Source of the DNA: Pseudomonadales bacterium
Lineage (GTDB): Bacteria; Pseudomonadota; Gammaproteobacteria; Pseudomonadales; IMCC2047
Assembly: GCA_036960805.1 (NCBI GenBank)
Contig: JBALXL010000002.1
Coordinates: 75,052-139,051, forward strand
DNA: 64,000 nucleotides
Direction of reading: 5' to 3'
Positions 1-10,457 of the stretch are shown here, one piece after another; within the stretch, counting starts at the first letter, position 1, and the number at the start of each line of letters is the position of its first letter. The notes under the pieces were generated by a model. The model made no database searches. It saw nothing but the letters and a program-made list of their open reading frames with translations, and had not been told where the DNA came from. The position numbers and the translations under genes are program-made.

Positions 1-767
1 ATCTTCAGATCAAGTAAACTCAAGGCCTCATCTTTAGTTGCCTGGCTCATTGACGAATAACTTAGGTCAATCGGGTCAACCACTGTCACGGCACCACTAC
101 CAACCACCTCAAAACTCTGGTGATCAGGGCTGATAAAGATCGCGGTATCTTCATCAAGACCGACACCAATCATAAAGGGGTTATAGGAAATAGCCGCCAA
201 TAAACGTCCAAGACGATTACGTTGACTGAAATGCTGGTCAATTAACAGGGCATTGGTCAAACCAAGGCCTGGAGCAAGGCTCACACTATCCGCCGAAGGC
301 AAGAATCCCGTCGAACCACCAGCAATCATGTGTTCTGGCATAATCGCCGCGCCAGCTGATGTGCCTGCAACATGCACGCCTTGAGCATTCAAACGACGGA
401 TTTTTTGCGACACTTTTGTCCCGCCTAGAATAGTCGAGAGACGTAACTGGCTGCCGCCGGTAATAAAGATGCCGTCGGCCTGATCAAGCTGCTCGAGATA
501 ATCTTCACGGTTGGCTTCGGATCGATCATTAATAGTCAGTGATACGGCTTGCTTGACGCCGATACCGGTGAATATCTCAACGTATTTATCGCCAGTATCA
601 GGTAACTGAGAAGCCGTTGGAATAATCACAATACGGGCTTCTTTACCGCCACACAGATCAACAAAGCGATTTAAAACTGGCCCAGAGTCAGTGCGCTCTT
701 CAGCGCCACCAATGGGTATCACATAACCGCGTTTTTGACCGTCTTTTACAGGTGAAGGAGGACACAT
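1..767 (-). CDS. cphE: Cyanophycinase (peptidase family S51); 3' end cut by the window edge
   Basis: Missing from the ORF track because it runs off the left edge. My reverse-strand translation from the ATG (complement of 765-767) reads MCPPSPVKDGQKRGYVIPIGGAEERTDSGPVLNRFVDLCGGKEARIVIIPTASQLPDTGDKYVEIF..IFITGGSQLRLSTILGG..GVHVAGTSAGAAIM..LIDQHFSQRNRLGRLL. This carries the GGAE, TAS, GGxQ, GTSAGA (Ser nucleophile) and DQHF motifs typical of cyanophycinase. It starts 28 nt downstream of the iadA stop. Confidence 0.8.
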   Translation of the reverse strand, partial: MCPPSPVKDGQKRGYVIPIGGAEERTDSGPVLNRFVDLCGGKEARIVIIPTASQLPDTGDKYVEIFTGIGVKQAVSLTINDRSEANREDYLEQLDQADGIFITGGSQLRLSTILGGTKVSQKIRRLNAQGVHVAGTSAGAAIMPEHMIAGGSTGFLPSADSVSLAPGLGLTNALLIDQHFSQRNRLGRLLAAISYNPFMIGVGLDEDTAIFISPDHQSFEVVGSGAVTVVDPIDLSYSSMSQATKDEALSLLDLK

Positions 768-795
768 TACGCATTCACCCATTGTATGATTTTTA

Positions 796-1959
796 TCATT
801 CTTCAAATAATCCTTGGACTAATATTTTGCCTTGTTTGATATGCCAAACACCATTGGCCATCACACTTTCGATGCCATGTTCAGTGTCGAGCACCAGTAA
901 GTCCGCGTCCAGGCCAATTTCAATCCGGCCCTTTTGATGTAGCTTCAGCAAGGTCGCAACATTGCTGGTCATCAGGGGCAGGACTTTTTCCATTGGTAAT
1001 TTCAGATCGAGCATTGCTTTAAAGGTCGTTGCCATCGCTGTGGATTTGGCAAAGCCCATTTTCAATAATTCACCCTCGGTGTTAAAGCAGGGTAAACAAC
1101 CACCGCCATCGGAGCTAATCGTTAACTTATCGCCATCGTAGCCACCGTCAAAATAACGTACCACGGCGTCTTCAGCAGACCAACCAGGATCTCCCTCTTC
1201 AGTTGGGAATGCTGTTAAATCAACACTGCAGCCACGTTTAGTTAATTCGCAGGCCTCTTCAAACAGGGCTTTGTTGCGGTTTACGTGGGTTGGGTTGAAT
1301 ACCCGTGCAGGGATTTCACTATTATCGAGACAGGCGTTGATCATCGACAGGCCACGTTTACCATCGCCCAGGTGGAAATGCACGATGCCCGCTTTACCGG
1401 TCATCAGACCTGCCACATGCGCTTCACTGGCCAGACGTAAAATTTCGTCTTCTGTTGGCTGGCTCGAGCGATGATCACTGATCGCTACTTCACCCACGCC
1501 TATAACAGGTTCGAGATTAACAATATCGCTGCGCACCGATTCAGTCAACGTAACCGCTGGCACATGGTAGCCGCCGGTATAACACCAGGCTGACAAGCCT
1601 TCTTCGCGCAACCCCATCACCTGCGTTAACAGGGTTTGCGGCGTACGCGTTAAATCGTCGGTGCCAAGCAAGCCGACCACACTGGTCACACCGGCGCGGG
1701 TAAACTGACTTAAATGTAACGGAGGCACTCGTGTTGATGGGCCAGCTTCACCGCCACCGCCGGTGATATGCGAGTGCCCATCGATAAATCCCGGAATCAA
1801 TCTCGCACCCGCAAGATCGGTGACATTAACCGCCATTTGGCTATCGAGCTGCGGGATATCATCGTCAATATGCACAATCTTACCGGCGCAAACTAATAGA
1901 TGTTTTATGCCAAGGGAATGCGGCGCATAAACGTCGGCGTTAGTGATTAACTCAAACAT
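796..1959 (-). CDS. iadA: Isoaspartyl (beta-aspartyl) dipeptidase
   Basis: 387 aa, colinear with E. coli IadA as I recall it: PGFIDGHSHITGGGGEAGPSTR, GVTSVVGLLGTD, ISDHRSSQP, PTHVNRN, LTISSDGGG, DADLLVLD. Confidence 0.9.
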   Translation of the reverse strand: MFELITNADVYAPHSLGIKHLLVCAGKIVHIDDDIPQLDSQMAVNVTDLAGARLIPGFIDGHSHITGGGGEAGPSTRVPPLHLSQFTRAGVTSVVGLLGTDDLTRTPQTLLTQVMGLREEGLSAWCYTGGYHVPAVTLTESVRSDIVNLEPVIGVGEVAISDHRSSQPTEDEILRLASEAHVAGLMTGKAGIVHFHLGDGKRGLSMINACLDNSEIPARVFNPTHVNRNKALFEEACELTKRGCSVDLTAFPTEEGDPGWSAEDAVVRYFDGGYDGDKLTISSDGGGCLPCFNTEGELLKMGFAKSTAMATTFKAMLDLKLPMEKVLPLMTSNVATLLKLHQKGRIEIGLDADLLVLDTEHGIESVMANGVWHIKQGKILVQGLFEE

Positions 1960-2180
1960 AATTTTTTAACAGCTCAAAAATAATTCTGTGGGCCACACGT
2001 TCAGCGCCTAACGGGAAAGCCGCTATTCTGTGAGTTATCTTAAAGTAAGCTCACCCAAAATACCGCTACAATTTAACGCTGCCATACATTTAGACGTGAC
2101 GATTTAAAAAATGAAACCATATAAAAGGCCCGAACAGCCAGGCCACATGACTTTTAACATCTAAATAAAGTGCGTACTGT

Positions 2181-2684
2181 CTACGAACATAAACCCGAAC
2201 AACTAAAATCAACAAACCACAACAGCTGGCCAGTACTATCAAAACTCTGCCATAAGTGTTCATAGCCTGACTGCGTACCCGGCAGACAAGCGTCCGGGGC
2301 GATGTCCGAAAGCGGCCTCAGCACGTGAGCATATTTAAGAATATCACTACGCGGCAGCTCAATATCTACATAGCAGCCGACTAAGTCGCCGTAGGTCAGC
2401 ACATCAATATCCAACCCTTTACTATCGCTGCAACGTGATGATCGGTCGCGACCATTTGCATTTTCGATAGCTTTTAGAGTGCCAACTAACTCAGCCAGAG
2501 GTAACTGAGTACGTAATTGAACAACGCAATTATAGAAAGCTGCACCGTCAAAGCCCACCGCGTCACTTTCATACATATTCGAGATAACAAGATCAGGATC
2601 AAGCCGTGCAAGCGCTTCCAGCCCAGCACACATTGATCGCTCACGATCAACATTGGTGCCAAGCCCAAGAAACACTATTGTCAT
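2181..2684 (-). CDS. folK: 2-amino-4-hydroxy-6-hydroxymethyldihydropteridine pyrophosphokinase
   Basis: 167 aa. N-terminus MTIVFLGLGTNVDRE and LDIDVLTYGD are HPPK-like. Its start codon overlaps the folB stop (TAATG), the usual folB-folK pairing. Confidence 0.8.
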   Translation of the reverse strand: MTIVFLGLGTNVDRERSMCAGLEALARLDPDLVISNMYESDAVGFDGAAFYNCVVQLRTQLPLAELVGTLKAIENANGRDRSSRCSDSKGLDIDVLTYGDLVGCYVDIELPRSDILKYAHVLRPLSDIAPDACLPGTQSGYEHLWQSFDSTGQLLWFVDFSCSGLCS

Positions 2685-3037
2685 TATTTCGAGCCACGCT
2701 CGATAATCACACCCACATCGTCGGCCGCTTTAACAGCACCCGGCTTGGAAACTTTGAACCGCATCCAAGGTATATTAAAACGTTCCATCACCAATGCTGC
2801 GCCCTGTTCCGCCATGGTTTCGATCAACTGAAAAGCACTGCCTTCGACAAATTCAATCAGACAATTCGAGATTGCTTCATAATCCCGCGTGTATTGCAGA
2901 TCTTCGGTTTCAGAGGCTTTTTTAATGTCGCAGCCCATGTCGAGATCAAGACTGACGGTTTGTTTTATTTCTCGCTCCCAATCGTAGATACCAATGACGG
3001 TTTCGATTTTTAGTCCGCGAATGTAGGTAATATCCAT
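2684..3037 (-). CDS. folB: Dihydroneopterin aldolase
   Basis: 117 aa. MDITYIRGLKIETVIGIYDWEREIKQTVSLDLDM is the canonical FolB N-terminus. Lies directly upstream of folK. Confidence 0.85.
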   Translation of the reverse strand: MDITYIRGLKIETVIGIYDWEREIKQTVSLDLDMGCDIKKASETEDLQYTRDYEAISNCLIEFVEGSAFQLIETMAEQGAALVMERFNIPWMRFKVSKPGAVKAADDVGVIIERGSK

Positions 3038-3039
3038 AG

Positions 3040-4092
3040 CTAATTTGTCTCAGAAAGTTCTTTTATTGAGGGTAACTCTTCCATCGGCCACCGTGGCGTG
3101 CAAATAATTTCCAGCCCTTCACGTTGTCCCGCCACTAAACGCTGACAACCGGCAAAGGCGATCATCGCACCATTATCAGTACAAAATTCGGGGCGTGCGT
3201 AATGCAAATTACCACCACGCTCCTTTTTAAGCATCGCCTCAAGGCCTTTCCGCAATTGCTGATTGGCACTCACTCCACCGGCAATCACCAGATTTTTATG
3301 GCCAGTTTGCTTTAATGCACGCTTACACTTGATGGTTAGCGTGTCCACCACCGCCTCTTCAAAGGCCCGTGCGATATCCGCCTGGTCTTGCTCCAACAAT
3401 TCACCGCGCTCTTCTATACAGTCGGCAATGGTATTACGGGTAAAAGTTTTCAAACCGCTAAAACTAAAGTCCAGCCCCGGTCGATTAACCATTGGCCGCG
3501 GAAATTTAAAACGCCCCGCCGTGCCTTTACTCGCCAATTTAGCGATAACCGGACCACCGGGATACTTCAGCCCCATCATTTTGGCGGCTTTATCGAAGGC
3601 CTCACCTGCCGCATCATCTAAAGACTCACCCAATAATTGATATTGACCTATGCCTTTTACTTCAACTAATTGCGTATGACCGCCCGAAACAAGTAACGCG
3701 ACAAAGGGGAACTCAGGTGGCTCGGCTTCCAGCATCGGCGCCAATAGATGGCCTTCCATATGATGAATACCCAATGCAGGAATATCCCACACCATTGCCA
3801 TCGACTTCGCAACCGACGCACCGACCAGCAAAGCGCCAATTAAACCAGGGCCTGCGGTGTAAGCGATTGCGTCAATGCCCGCCACATCGGTATTAGATTC
3901 CGCCATAACTTCTTTAATAAGGGGCAGTAGACGGTGGGCATGATCACGCGACGCCAACTCGGGCACCACGCCACCATATTCGGCATGCAGATCAATCTGG
4001 CTATATAAGGCATCGGCCAGCAGACCCTGCTCACTATCATAGATAGCAACGCCGGTTTCATCGCAGGATGTTTCTATACCCAAAATTCTCAT
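3040..4092 (-). CDS. tsaD: tRNA N6-adenosine threonylcarbamoyltransferase
   Basis: 350 aa. [29 protein letters not shown] and VSGGHTQL motifs. Divergent from rpsU, as in E. coli and Pseudomonas. Confidence 0.95.
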   Translation of the reverse strand: MRILGIETSCDETGVAIYDSEQGLLADALYSQIDLHAEYGGVVPELASRDHAHRLLPLIKEVMAESNTDVAGIDAIAYTAGPGLIGALLVGASVAKSMAMVWDIPALGIHHMEGHLLAPMLEAEPPEFPFVALLVSGGHTQLVEVKGIGQYQLLGESLDDAAGEAFDKAAKMMGLKYPGGPVIAKLASKGTAGRFKFPRPMVNRPGLDFSFSGLKTFTRNTIADCIEERGELLEQDQADIARAFEEAVVDTLTIKCKRALKQTGHKNLVIAGGVSANQQLRKGLEAMLKKERGGNLHYARPEFCTDNGAMIAFAGCQRLVAGQREGLEIICTPRWPMEELPSIKELSETN

Positions 4093-4402
4093 GATACGAT
4101 CCGAAATTTATTGCGCTGGCCTCCCTCTCATTGCTCAAGAAGGGCCCCCTAAAAAGGCGTTTTATACCATATACAGCACTATCATTGCTTGTAAAAACAG
4201 TCCTGCAGCCTATTACTCATCGACACAACAGGATATTACTACCTTTAGAGGGTTTTAGGCTTTACAATCATCAACCCTGATATTAGAATGCGCGGCCTTG
4301 CGTATATTAAGCTGTGGTTCTGTCAATTTTAAGCGGTTTTTCAACCTCCGCCTAAGAAACAGTCCACTAAATACAAACATAATTCGGTTAAAGGTAACTT
4401 TA

Positions 4403-4618
4403 ATGCCTCAAGTAAGTCTGAAAGAAAACGAACCTTTTGACGTTGCACTACGTCGCTTCAAACGTTCTTGCGAAAAAGCAGGTATCCTGGCTGACGTTCG
4501 TAAACGCGAATTCTACGAAAAGCCAACATGGGTTCGTAAGCGTAAAGCTGCTGCCGCTGTTAAGCGTCACCAGAAGAAAGTTTCTCGCGAAACACGTCGC
4601 ATGGAACGCCTTTACTAG
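4403..4618 (+). CDS. rpsU: 30S ribosomal protein S21
   Basis: Internal ATG of track ORF 4298..4618. [42 protein letters not shown]..., 71 aa, the typical S21 length and sequence. Confidence 0.95.
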   Translation: MPQVSLKENEPFDVALRRFKRSCEKAGILADVRKREFYEKPTWVRKRKAAAAVKRHQKKVSRETRRMERLY

Positions 4619-4683
4619 TAAAGGCTTCCCGATAGCTCAGCTTGAGCTATTTAAAATTTTGCACCCGCTGCCTGTGAGTCGAT

Positions 4684-5130
4684 ATGTCTGAATTAAAAGG
4701 CCAGATCACTGCGGCCATGAAAGATGCTATGCGCGCCAAAGACAAACCACGTCTTGGCACCATCCGTCTAATCTTGGCTGATCTGAAGCGCATCGAAGTT
4801 GATGAGCGTATAGAGCTTGATGATGAACGTATCATCACCATCATGGACAAAATGCTCAAGCAGCGCCGCGACTCTATTAGTCAATTTGAGGCAGCAAACC
4901 GCCAGGAATTAGCTGATATTGAAAAAGCTGAAATCACTGTCATTCAGTCCTTTATGCCCGCCTCTCTCAGCAATGAAGAAATCGAGCAACTGGTCGACGC
5001 CGCCATCACCAACACCGGTGCCAGCAGCATGAAAGATATGGGTTCTGTGATGGGCCTGCTAAGACCACAGCTACAAGGTCGCGCAGATATGGCCGAAGTC
5101 AGCAAACTGATCAAAGCTCGCCTATCCTGA
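4684..5130 (+). CDS. yqeY: GatB/YqeY domain protein
   Basis: 148 aa. LKGQITAAMKDAMRAKDKPRLGTIRLILADLKR and a C-terminal GatB_Yqey-like half. Sits between rpsU and dnaG, as in Pseudomonas. Confidence 0.85.
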   Translation: MSELKGQITAAMKDAMRAKDKPRLGTIRLILADLKRIEVDERIELDDERIITIMDKMLKQRRDSISQFEAANRQELADIEKAEITVIQSFMPASLSNEEIEQLVDAAITNTGASSMKDMGSVMGLLRPQLQGRADMAEVSKLIKARLS

Positions 5131-5243
5131 TAAAACACCACCTGACCTGAATCGCAGGTTAGGTTAAAGCTCTCCCACAGCAACACCAAGCCATCAACAA
5201 AAATCGTTGATGAATCCAGCCTCTCCCGCGATAATAACTTGCC

Positions 5244-7142
5244 ATGGCCGGACTTATCCCACAGCAGTTTATCGACGATCTTCTGGATCGCACCGATATC
5301 GTTGAAATCATCGATGGTCGCGTCACGCTGCGCAAAACCGGCCAAAATTACTCCGGCCTCTGCCCGTTTCATAACGAAAAATCACCCTCATTTACCGTCA
5401 GCCAAACAAAACAGTTTTATCACTGCTTCGGTTGCGGCGCGAACGGCAACGCCATTGGCTTCCTTATGGAATTTGAGCGGTTAGAGTTCCCGGCCGCCGT
5501 AGAAGCCATCGCTAGAAATGCTGGCATAGAAATGCCCGTCGAGCGCCAAGCCAATCCGGAAAGAAAAAAACAGCAGGACAGCCTCTACGACCAACTTGAA
5601 CGCGCCCAGCAATTTTTCACCCAGCAGCTACGCCAACACCCAAGCCGCGAAAAAGCAGTAAACTACCTAAAAGGTCGGCAATTAACCGGCGAAACGGCGA
5701 AAAAATTCGTTATCGGCTACGCCCCACCTGGCTGGGAAAACCTGCACAGCGAGCTAGCAAAAAGCGAAAAAGACGAACAACAACTGATCGAAGCGGGCAT
5801 GCTCGTCAAACGAGAAGACCGCGACGGTTGCTACGACCGCTTCCGCGACCGTATTATTTTCCCTATTCGCGATAGCCGTGGCCGCACCATCGCCTTTGGC
5901 GGCCGCGTTTTAGGCGACGACAAACCCAAATATCTGAACTCGCCAGAATCGCCTGTCTTCCACAAGGGCAACGAACTTTATGGCCTCTACGAAGCAAAAC
6001 AGGCCAGCAACCGCCTCAGCCGCTTTTTAATTGTTGAAGGTTACATGGACGTAGTGGCACTCGCGCAACACGGCATTCATTACGCCGTCGCCACGCTTGG
6101 CACATCGACCAGCGACACACACCTCAACAAATTATTTCGCATGGTTTCGGAAATCATCATCTGTTTTGATGGCGACGCCGCTGGCCGCAAAGCTGCGGCT
6201 CGCGCATTAGACACCGCCCTACCCATCCTTGAAGATGGTCGTCAAATTCGCTTTTTATTCCTACCCGATGGCGAAGACCCCGACAGCCTGGTTCACAAGG
6301 AAGGCAAAGACGCCTTCACCCAACGTCTAAACCAGGCAACAACTCTGACCGATTATTTTTTCTCCTCAGTCAGCGAAGGACTCGACAGCAACAGCCTTGA
6401 CGGCAAAGCACGCATCAGCAAACTGGCACTGGAAAAAATGCAGCCCATGCCCAGAGGCGTGCTTTATGAGCTTATGGTTAAAAAACTGGCAGAAATGACA
6501 GGACTGTCGGTCGAAAGTCTAAAAGAAAACGCCGCTAAAGAACCTCAAAAGCCGGCGACCAACGCCATCTCACACACCGAATCAAGCGACAATTATCACT
6601 ACCCTGAGAGCGCGGGAGAACACGATAATTATTCAGATTATAACAACGACTACCAGCCCGACTACGGCAGCCAGCCATCTTCGCCGCCAACAAAACCAAA
6701 CAAACAGCGTCGCAGCCGTACCACTCAGCCTGCGGAATCCGCCGCCGCGTTACTGCTACACAATCCAGAACTTGCCTCTAAAGTCGACGATATCGAACCT
6801 CTAAGAGCTGTCGACAGCATAGGAATGGAACAACTTGTCGAGCTCCTGGAGCTATTAAAAAAACAGCCCGACCTCAACACTGTCGGCATCCTTGCTCACT
6901 GGCAAGGAGCTCACGGCGAGGAAGCCAGCGAACAACTAAAATCACTAGCCTCACGCGAACAATTAGTCACCAAGGACAACCTCCAAAGCTCTTTCCTTGA
7001 TACTCTTTCGCACCTACAAAAACATCACAATGAACAGCAGCTAGAGCAGCTACTCAAACACGCAAAACATACACCGCTAACTATCGATGAGAAGCAACAG
7101 TTACAGGCTCTTCTGCTGGCCAAGCACTATAAATCAAAATGA
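5244..7142 (+). CDS. dnaG: DNA primase
   Basis: 632 aa. Zinc ribbon CPFHNEKSPSFTVSQTKQFYHCFGCGANGNAIGFLM, Toprim segment LIVEGYMDVVAL..FDGDAAGRKAA, then a C-terminal helicase-binding region after a low-complexity linker. Confidence 0.95.
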   Translation: MAGLIPQQFIDDLLDRTDIVEIIDGRVTLRKTGQNYSGLCPFHNEKSPSFTVSQTKQFYHCFGCGANGNAIGFLMEFERLEFPAAVEAIARNAGIEMPVERQANPERKKQQDSLYDQLERAQQFFTQQLRQHPSREKAVNYLKGRQLTGETAKKFVIGYAPPGWENLHSELAKSEKDEQQLIEAGMLVKREDRDGCYDRFRDRIIFPIRDSRGRTIAFGGRVLGDDKPKYLNSPESPVFHKGNELYGLYEAKQASNRLSRFLIVEGYMDVVALAQHGIHYAVATLGTSTSDTHLNKLFRMVSEIIICFDGDAAGRKAAARALDTALPILEDGRQIRFLFLPDGEDPDSLVHKEGKDAFTQRLNQATTLTDYFFSSVSEGLDSNSLDGKARISKLALEKMQPMPRGVLYELMVKKLAEMTGLSVESLKENAAKEPQKPATNAISHTESSDNYHYPESAGEHDNYSDYNNDYQPDYGSQPSSPPTKPNKQRRSRTTQPAESAAALLLHNPELASKVDDIEPLRAVDSIGMEQLVELLELLKKQPDLNTVGILAHWQGAHGEEASEQLKSLASREQLVTKDNLQSSFLDTLSHLQKHHNEQQLEQLLKHAKHTPLTIDEKQQLQALLLAKHYKSK

Positions 7143-7261
7143 AGTAAAAAATACCGCCCTCTACCCTTGAAAGTAAGCGTTTTGCCACTATATTTAACTA
7201 GAATCCAAAGCGCATAAACCTTATAATTGCGCCCTTTTGTCGAGTTACTAACAGGCCCTCT

Positions 7262-9088
7262 ATGTCAGATCCTTCGGAGAAACAACGTTCCCGATTAAAA
7301 GAACTAATTGCGCGTGGCAAAGAGCAGGGATACTTAACCTACGCTGAAGTAAACGACCACCTCCCTCAGGATATTTCGGATCCTGAGCAGGTCGAAGATA
7401 TTATTCGCATGATCAACGATATGGGCATCTCTGTAGACGAGGTTGCGCCTGATCAAGACTCAATGCAGCTCAACGAAAACACTGATGAAGCCGCTGTTGA
7501 AGAAGCTGCCGCTGCATTAGCCGCTGTTGAGACAGAAGTTGGTCGCACCACTGACCCAGTGCGCATGTACATGCGCGAAATGGGTTCGGTTGAGCTACTA
7601 ACTCGCGAAGGCGAAATCGTCATTGCCAAACGTATTGAAGAAGGCATTCGCGAAGTCATGATCGCCCTCGCCAGCTTCCCTGGTGCTGTTGACGTCATTC
7701 TCGAAGCCTACAAACAAACTGTTGAAGAAGAAGGCCGCATCAGCGACATTCTTAGCGGCTTCCTCGAAGATGAAGTTGAGCAGCCGGTTATTCAAGGTGC
7801 CTCCGCACCTGCAGTAAAAGACGGCGATAAAGAAAAAACTGACGACGATGATGACGATGAGGACGAAGTCGAACGCGGCCCAGATCCCATCATCACTGCC
7901 GCTCGTATGGGCGCGCTGGAAAAACAGTTCAATATCGTTAACAAAGCAATTGCCAAACACGGCCGTTGCACCGAGATCGTACTCAAAGAACAAGTTGAGC
8001 TGGGCGAACTATTCTGTCCATTCAAGCTTACACCACGTTATTTCGATCGATTGGTGCAAAATGTTCGTGAGACCCTGGATTATATTCGCGCACAGGAACG
8101 CACGATTCTACATACCTGTACACGCGTCGTTAGAATGCCTCGTAAAGCCTTCATCAAAGCATTTATGGGCAGTGAAACCGACCCTGCGTGGCTTGATATC
8201 GCTATCGAAGGCGGGCATGAATATTCCGAAGGGCTTGCCGAGCATCGCGATGACATCATCCGTGCACAACGCAAACTGAAAGGCACAGAAGCATCTATCA
8301 GCGCCGCGATTTCCGAAATCAAGGAAATCAACCGCCACATGTCGATTGGTGAAGCCAAAGCTCGCCGCGCCAAGAAAGAAATGGTTGAAGCTAACCTGCG
8401 TCTGGTAATTTCGATTGCTAAAAAATACACCAACCGTGGCCTGCAGTTCCTCGATCTGATTCAGGAAGGCAACATCGGCTTGATGAAAGCCGTTGATAAA
8501 TTCGAATACCGTCGTGGTTATAAGTTCTCGACTTATGCTACATGGTGGATTCGTCAGGCAATTACCCGCTCCATTGCTGACCAAGCACGTACCATTCGTA
8601 TTCCTGTACACATGATTGAGACTATTAACAAACTCAACCGTGTATCACGTCAGATGCTTCAAGAAATGGGTCGTGAACCTACACCTGAAGAACTTGGCGA
8701 ACGCATGGAAATGCCAGAAGACAAGGTTCGTAAAGTACTGAAAATTGCCAAAGAACCTATCTCCATGGAAACACCTATTGGTGACGATGAAGATTCGCAC
8801 CTGGGTGATTTCATCGAAGACGTTAACATCGACTCACCCGTGGACTCGGCAACTGCCGAAGGCCTCAGTGAAGCGACTCGCGGCGTACTTTCTGGCCTGA
8901 CAGCACGTGAAGCCAAAGTACTACGTATGCGTTTTGGTATCGATATGAACACTGACCACACTCTGGAAGAAGTGGGCAAACAGTTCGACGTAACCCGTGA
9001 ACGGATTCGTCAAATCGAAGCTAAAGCACTGCGTAAACTGCGTCACCCTAGCCGTTCAGATCACCTGCGTGGTTTCTTGGACGAATGA
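7262..9088 (+). CDS. rpoD: RNA polymerase sigma-70
   Basis: 608 aa. Acidic non-conserved region, region 2 ([59 protein letters not shown]) and region 4 ([29 protein letters not shown]). Confidence 0.97.
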   Translation: MSDPSEKQRSRLKELIARGKEQGYLTYAEVNDHLPQDISDPEQVEDIIRMINDMGISVDEVAPDQDSMQLNENTDEAAVEEAAAALAAVETEVGRTTDPVRMYMREMGSVELLTREGEIVIAKRIEEGIREVMIALASFPGAVDVILEAYKQTVEEEGRISDILSGFLEDEVEQPVIQGASAPAVKDGDKEKTDDDDDDEDEVERGPDPIITAARMGALEKQFNIVNKAIAKHGRCTEIVLKEQVELGELFCPFKLTPRYFDRLVQNVRETLDYIRAQERTILHTCTRVVRMPRKAFIKAFMGSETDPAWLDIAIEGGHEYSEGLAEHRDDIIRAQRKLKGTEASISAAISEIKEINRHMSIGEAKARRAKKEMVEANLRLVISIAKKYTNRGLQFLDLIQEGNIGLMKAVDKFEYRRGYKFSTYATWWIRQAITRSIADQARTIRIPVHMIETINKLNRVSRQMLQEMGREPTPEELGERMEMPEDKVRKVLKIAKEPISMETPIGDDEDSHLGDFIEDVNIDSPVDSATAEGLSEATRGVLSGLTAREAKVLRMRFGIDMNTDHTLEEVGKQFDVTRERIRQIEAKALRKLRHPSRSDHLRGFLDE

Positions 9089-9100
9089 GACTAGCCAGAC

Positions 9101-9132
9101 ACAACGCGGCGCTTTATAATGCGCCGCGTTGT
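9101..9132 (+). terminator. Stem-loop after rpoD
   Basis: acaacgcggcgc-tttataat-gcgccgcgttgt gives a perfect 12-bp stem 13 nt after the rpoD stop. The T-tract is weak, so the terminator call is tentative. Confidence 0.45.
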
Positions 9133-9189
9133 TGATATCTCTTATTTCAAGCAAGCTTTTCAGCAACATCTCAAAAAAGAATACATGTA

Positions 9190-9266
9190 GGGCCTTTAGC
9201 TCAGCTGGTTAGAGCATCCGACTCATAATCGGCAGGTCCCCAGTTCGAGTCTGGGAAGGCCCACCA
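9190..9266 (+). tRNA. ileX: tRNA with CAU anticodon, probably tRNA-Ile2 (lysidine type) rather than elongator Met
   Basis: 77 nt cloverleaf: acceptor GGGCCTT/AAGGCCC, anticodon arm CCGA-CTCATAA-TCGG, T-arm CCCAG-TTCGAGT-CTGGG, encoded CCA. G1-C72 excludes an initiator. The anticodon arm CGACTCATAATCG and C4/C5 match my memory of E. coli ileX, which also lies downstream of rpoD. Confidence 0.85.
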
Positions 9267-9375
9267 TTTCTTCTTTGCGCAAAATCCTCGAGCGCAAGTC
9301 AAAACTCCATCACTCCAATCAGCCCCATTTGAACACTGCTTTCGATAAAGCCCACAGGCTGCTTTGTGCCATAAG
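9223..9375 (+). repeat. Direct repeat copy 1: tRNA 3' half plus ~110 bp downstream
   Basis: tcataatcggcaggtccccagttcgagtctgggaaggcccaccatttcttctttgcgcaaaatcctcgagcgca...cactccaatcagccccatttgaacactgctttcgataaagcccacaggctgctttgtgcca is repeated at 10458..10620. The core is repeated again at 15165..15240. Confidence 0.85.
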
Positions 9376-10279
9376 CAGGCATAAAAATAGACATCGACCT
9401 GTTAAGAGTCCAATTTCTTGAACCCATAAGCATCTCATTGAAATAATAAAGTTCAGTCAGTTTTAAGGTTCTACCGGAGATCTCCAAGCGTCGAATTTCT
9501 CCACGCTGCCTTCGAGCGCCAGCTGCTGTCGGAATTCGCCGCTTAATGAAAAACGACACCATGTCCTGATTTAGTGTCAGCACCTCCACCTTGTTTCCTT
9601 CCTGAGCCAGGACCTTTGCTGGTTTATAATCACTGAAATAAAGGGCATCACTGACTTCAAATCTATAGATCAACTGTTCGTTTGCCACTTCCGTTCCGGT
9701 TAAGTCAGATTCAAGAGTTAGCCAAGACTGATAAGAATCCCAATCGGCACTTATTTCAGCCTCAAAGTTTTTGATCTTGCTTTTGGGCTCCGAAGGACTG
9801 CCTTGGCACACTCGATCAGTGACGGTTCCAAGCCAATGAGCGCGACTCTCGAGCTCGCCAAAAAGGTCGTATAGCAATTCCTTCTCGACCTTGCCAAGCG
9901 GGGTGGGCGTAATCGGTGTAAAAGCTTCAGCAGAGGGCCCTTGTACTAAATCAGAAAGCGGAGTGAAACAAGCTACGTTGTCAGGAGTAATCTCAGGGCT
10001 TTTTTCTTCTTGAAACGCCTTGTCTGGAGCTCCAACTACGCCGCCTTTCTCTGAAGACTTCCCGTATTGCTCCTTTATCTCTTGCGCCTCTTGCTTCGCC
10101 CGCTCAATGTCTTCTTGCGAGGGACCTTCTGGTATTGTTACTGACTTTGCGTCAGCTTCTTCCGGAGGCTCGTCACCATAATGTACTCTCCCTGATTCAT
10201 CAGTCCACTTGTAAATCCCCGCCACAGTAACGGTACAGATCAGAAAAAGAAGCAACACAGTAAAATTCCCTTTCTTCAT
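9299..10279 (-). CDS. DUF4124 domain protein with signal peptide
   Basis: 326 aa. Signal/TM MKKGNFTVLLLFLICTVTVAG followed by IYKWTDESGRVHYGDEPP (DUF4124 signature). The last ~25 codons (GTKQPVGFIESSVQMGLIGV) are encoded by the repeat. Confidence 0.7.
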   Translation of the reverse strand: MKKGNFTVLLLFLICTVTVAGIYKWTDESGRVHYGDEPPEEADAKSVTIPEGPSQEDIERAKQEAQEIKEQYGKSSEKGGVVGAPDKAFQEEKSPEITPDNVACFTPLSDLVQGPSAEAFTPITPTPLGKVEKELLYDLFGELESRAHWLGTVTDRVCQGSPSEPKSKIKNFEAEISADWDSYQSWLTLESDLTGTEVANEQLIYRFEVSDALYFSDYKPAKVLAQEGNKVEVLTLNQDMVSFFIKRRIPTAAGARRQRGEIRRLEISGRTLKLTELYYFNEMLMGSRNWTLNRSMSIFMPAYGTKQPVGFIESSVQMGLIGVMEF

Positions 10280-10457
10280 GTATAAACCCCCTATAAACGG
10301 ACCTTAATTATTACTTCAGTCTTAGTGATGCTAGCTTTTTTCTTCTTTCACAAAGGCGCAGGTAAACATACGCTTATTTTTTCGACCCTCGAGTTACTAT
10401 GAATGTTCATTTTGGTAGATGGCAGGCCTTCTCAGGTACTGCACTATCGACAGGCAT

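Noticed and set aside
4298-4402. 35-codon N-terminal extension of the rpsU ORF
   Set aside because: S21 is ~71 aa, and the conserved [13 protein letters not shown] starts at 4403. The extension has no ribosomal-protein character.
7453-8611. Several 80-170 aa ORFs antisense to, or out of frame with, rpoD (7453..7698, 7598..7993, 7792..8025, 7848..8279, 8080..8433, 8108..8611)
   Set aside because: They lie entirely inside a clearly recognisable sigma-70 gene. Their translations are low-complexity or repetitive, so they are shadow ORFs.
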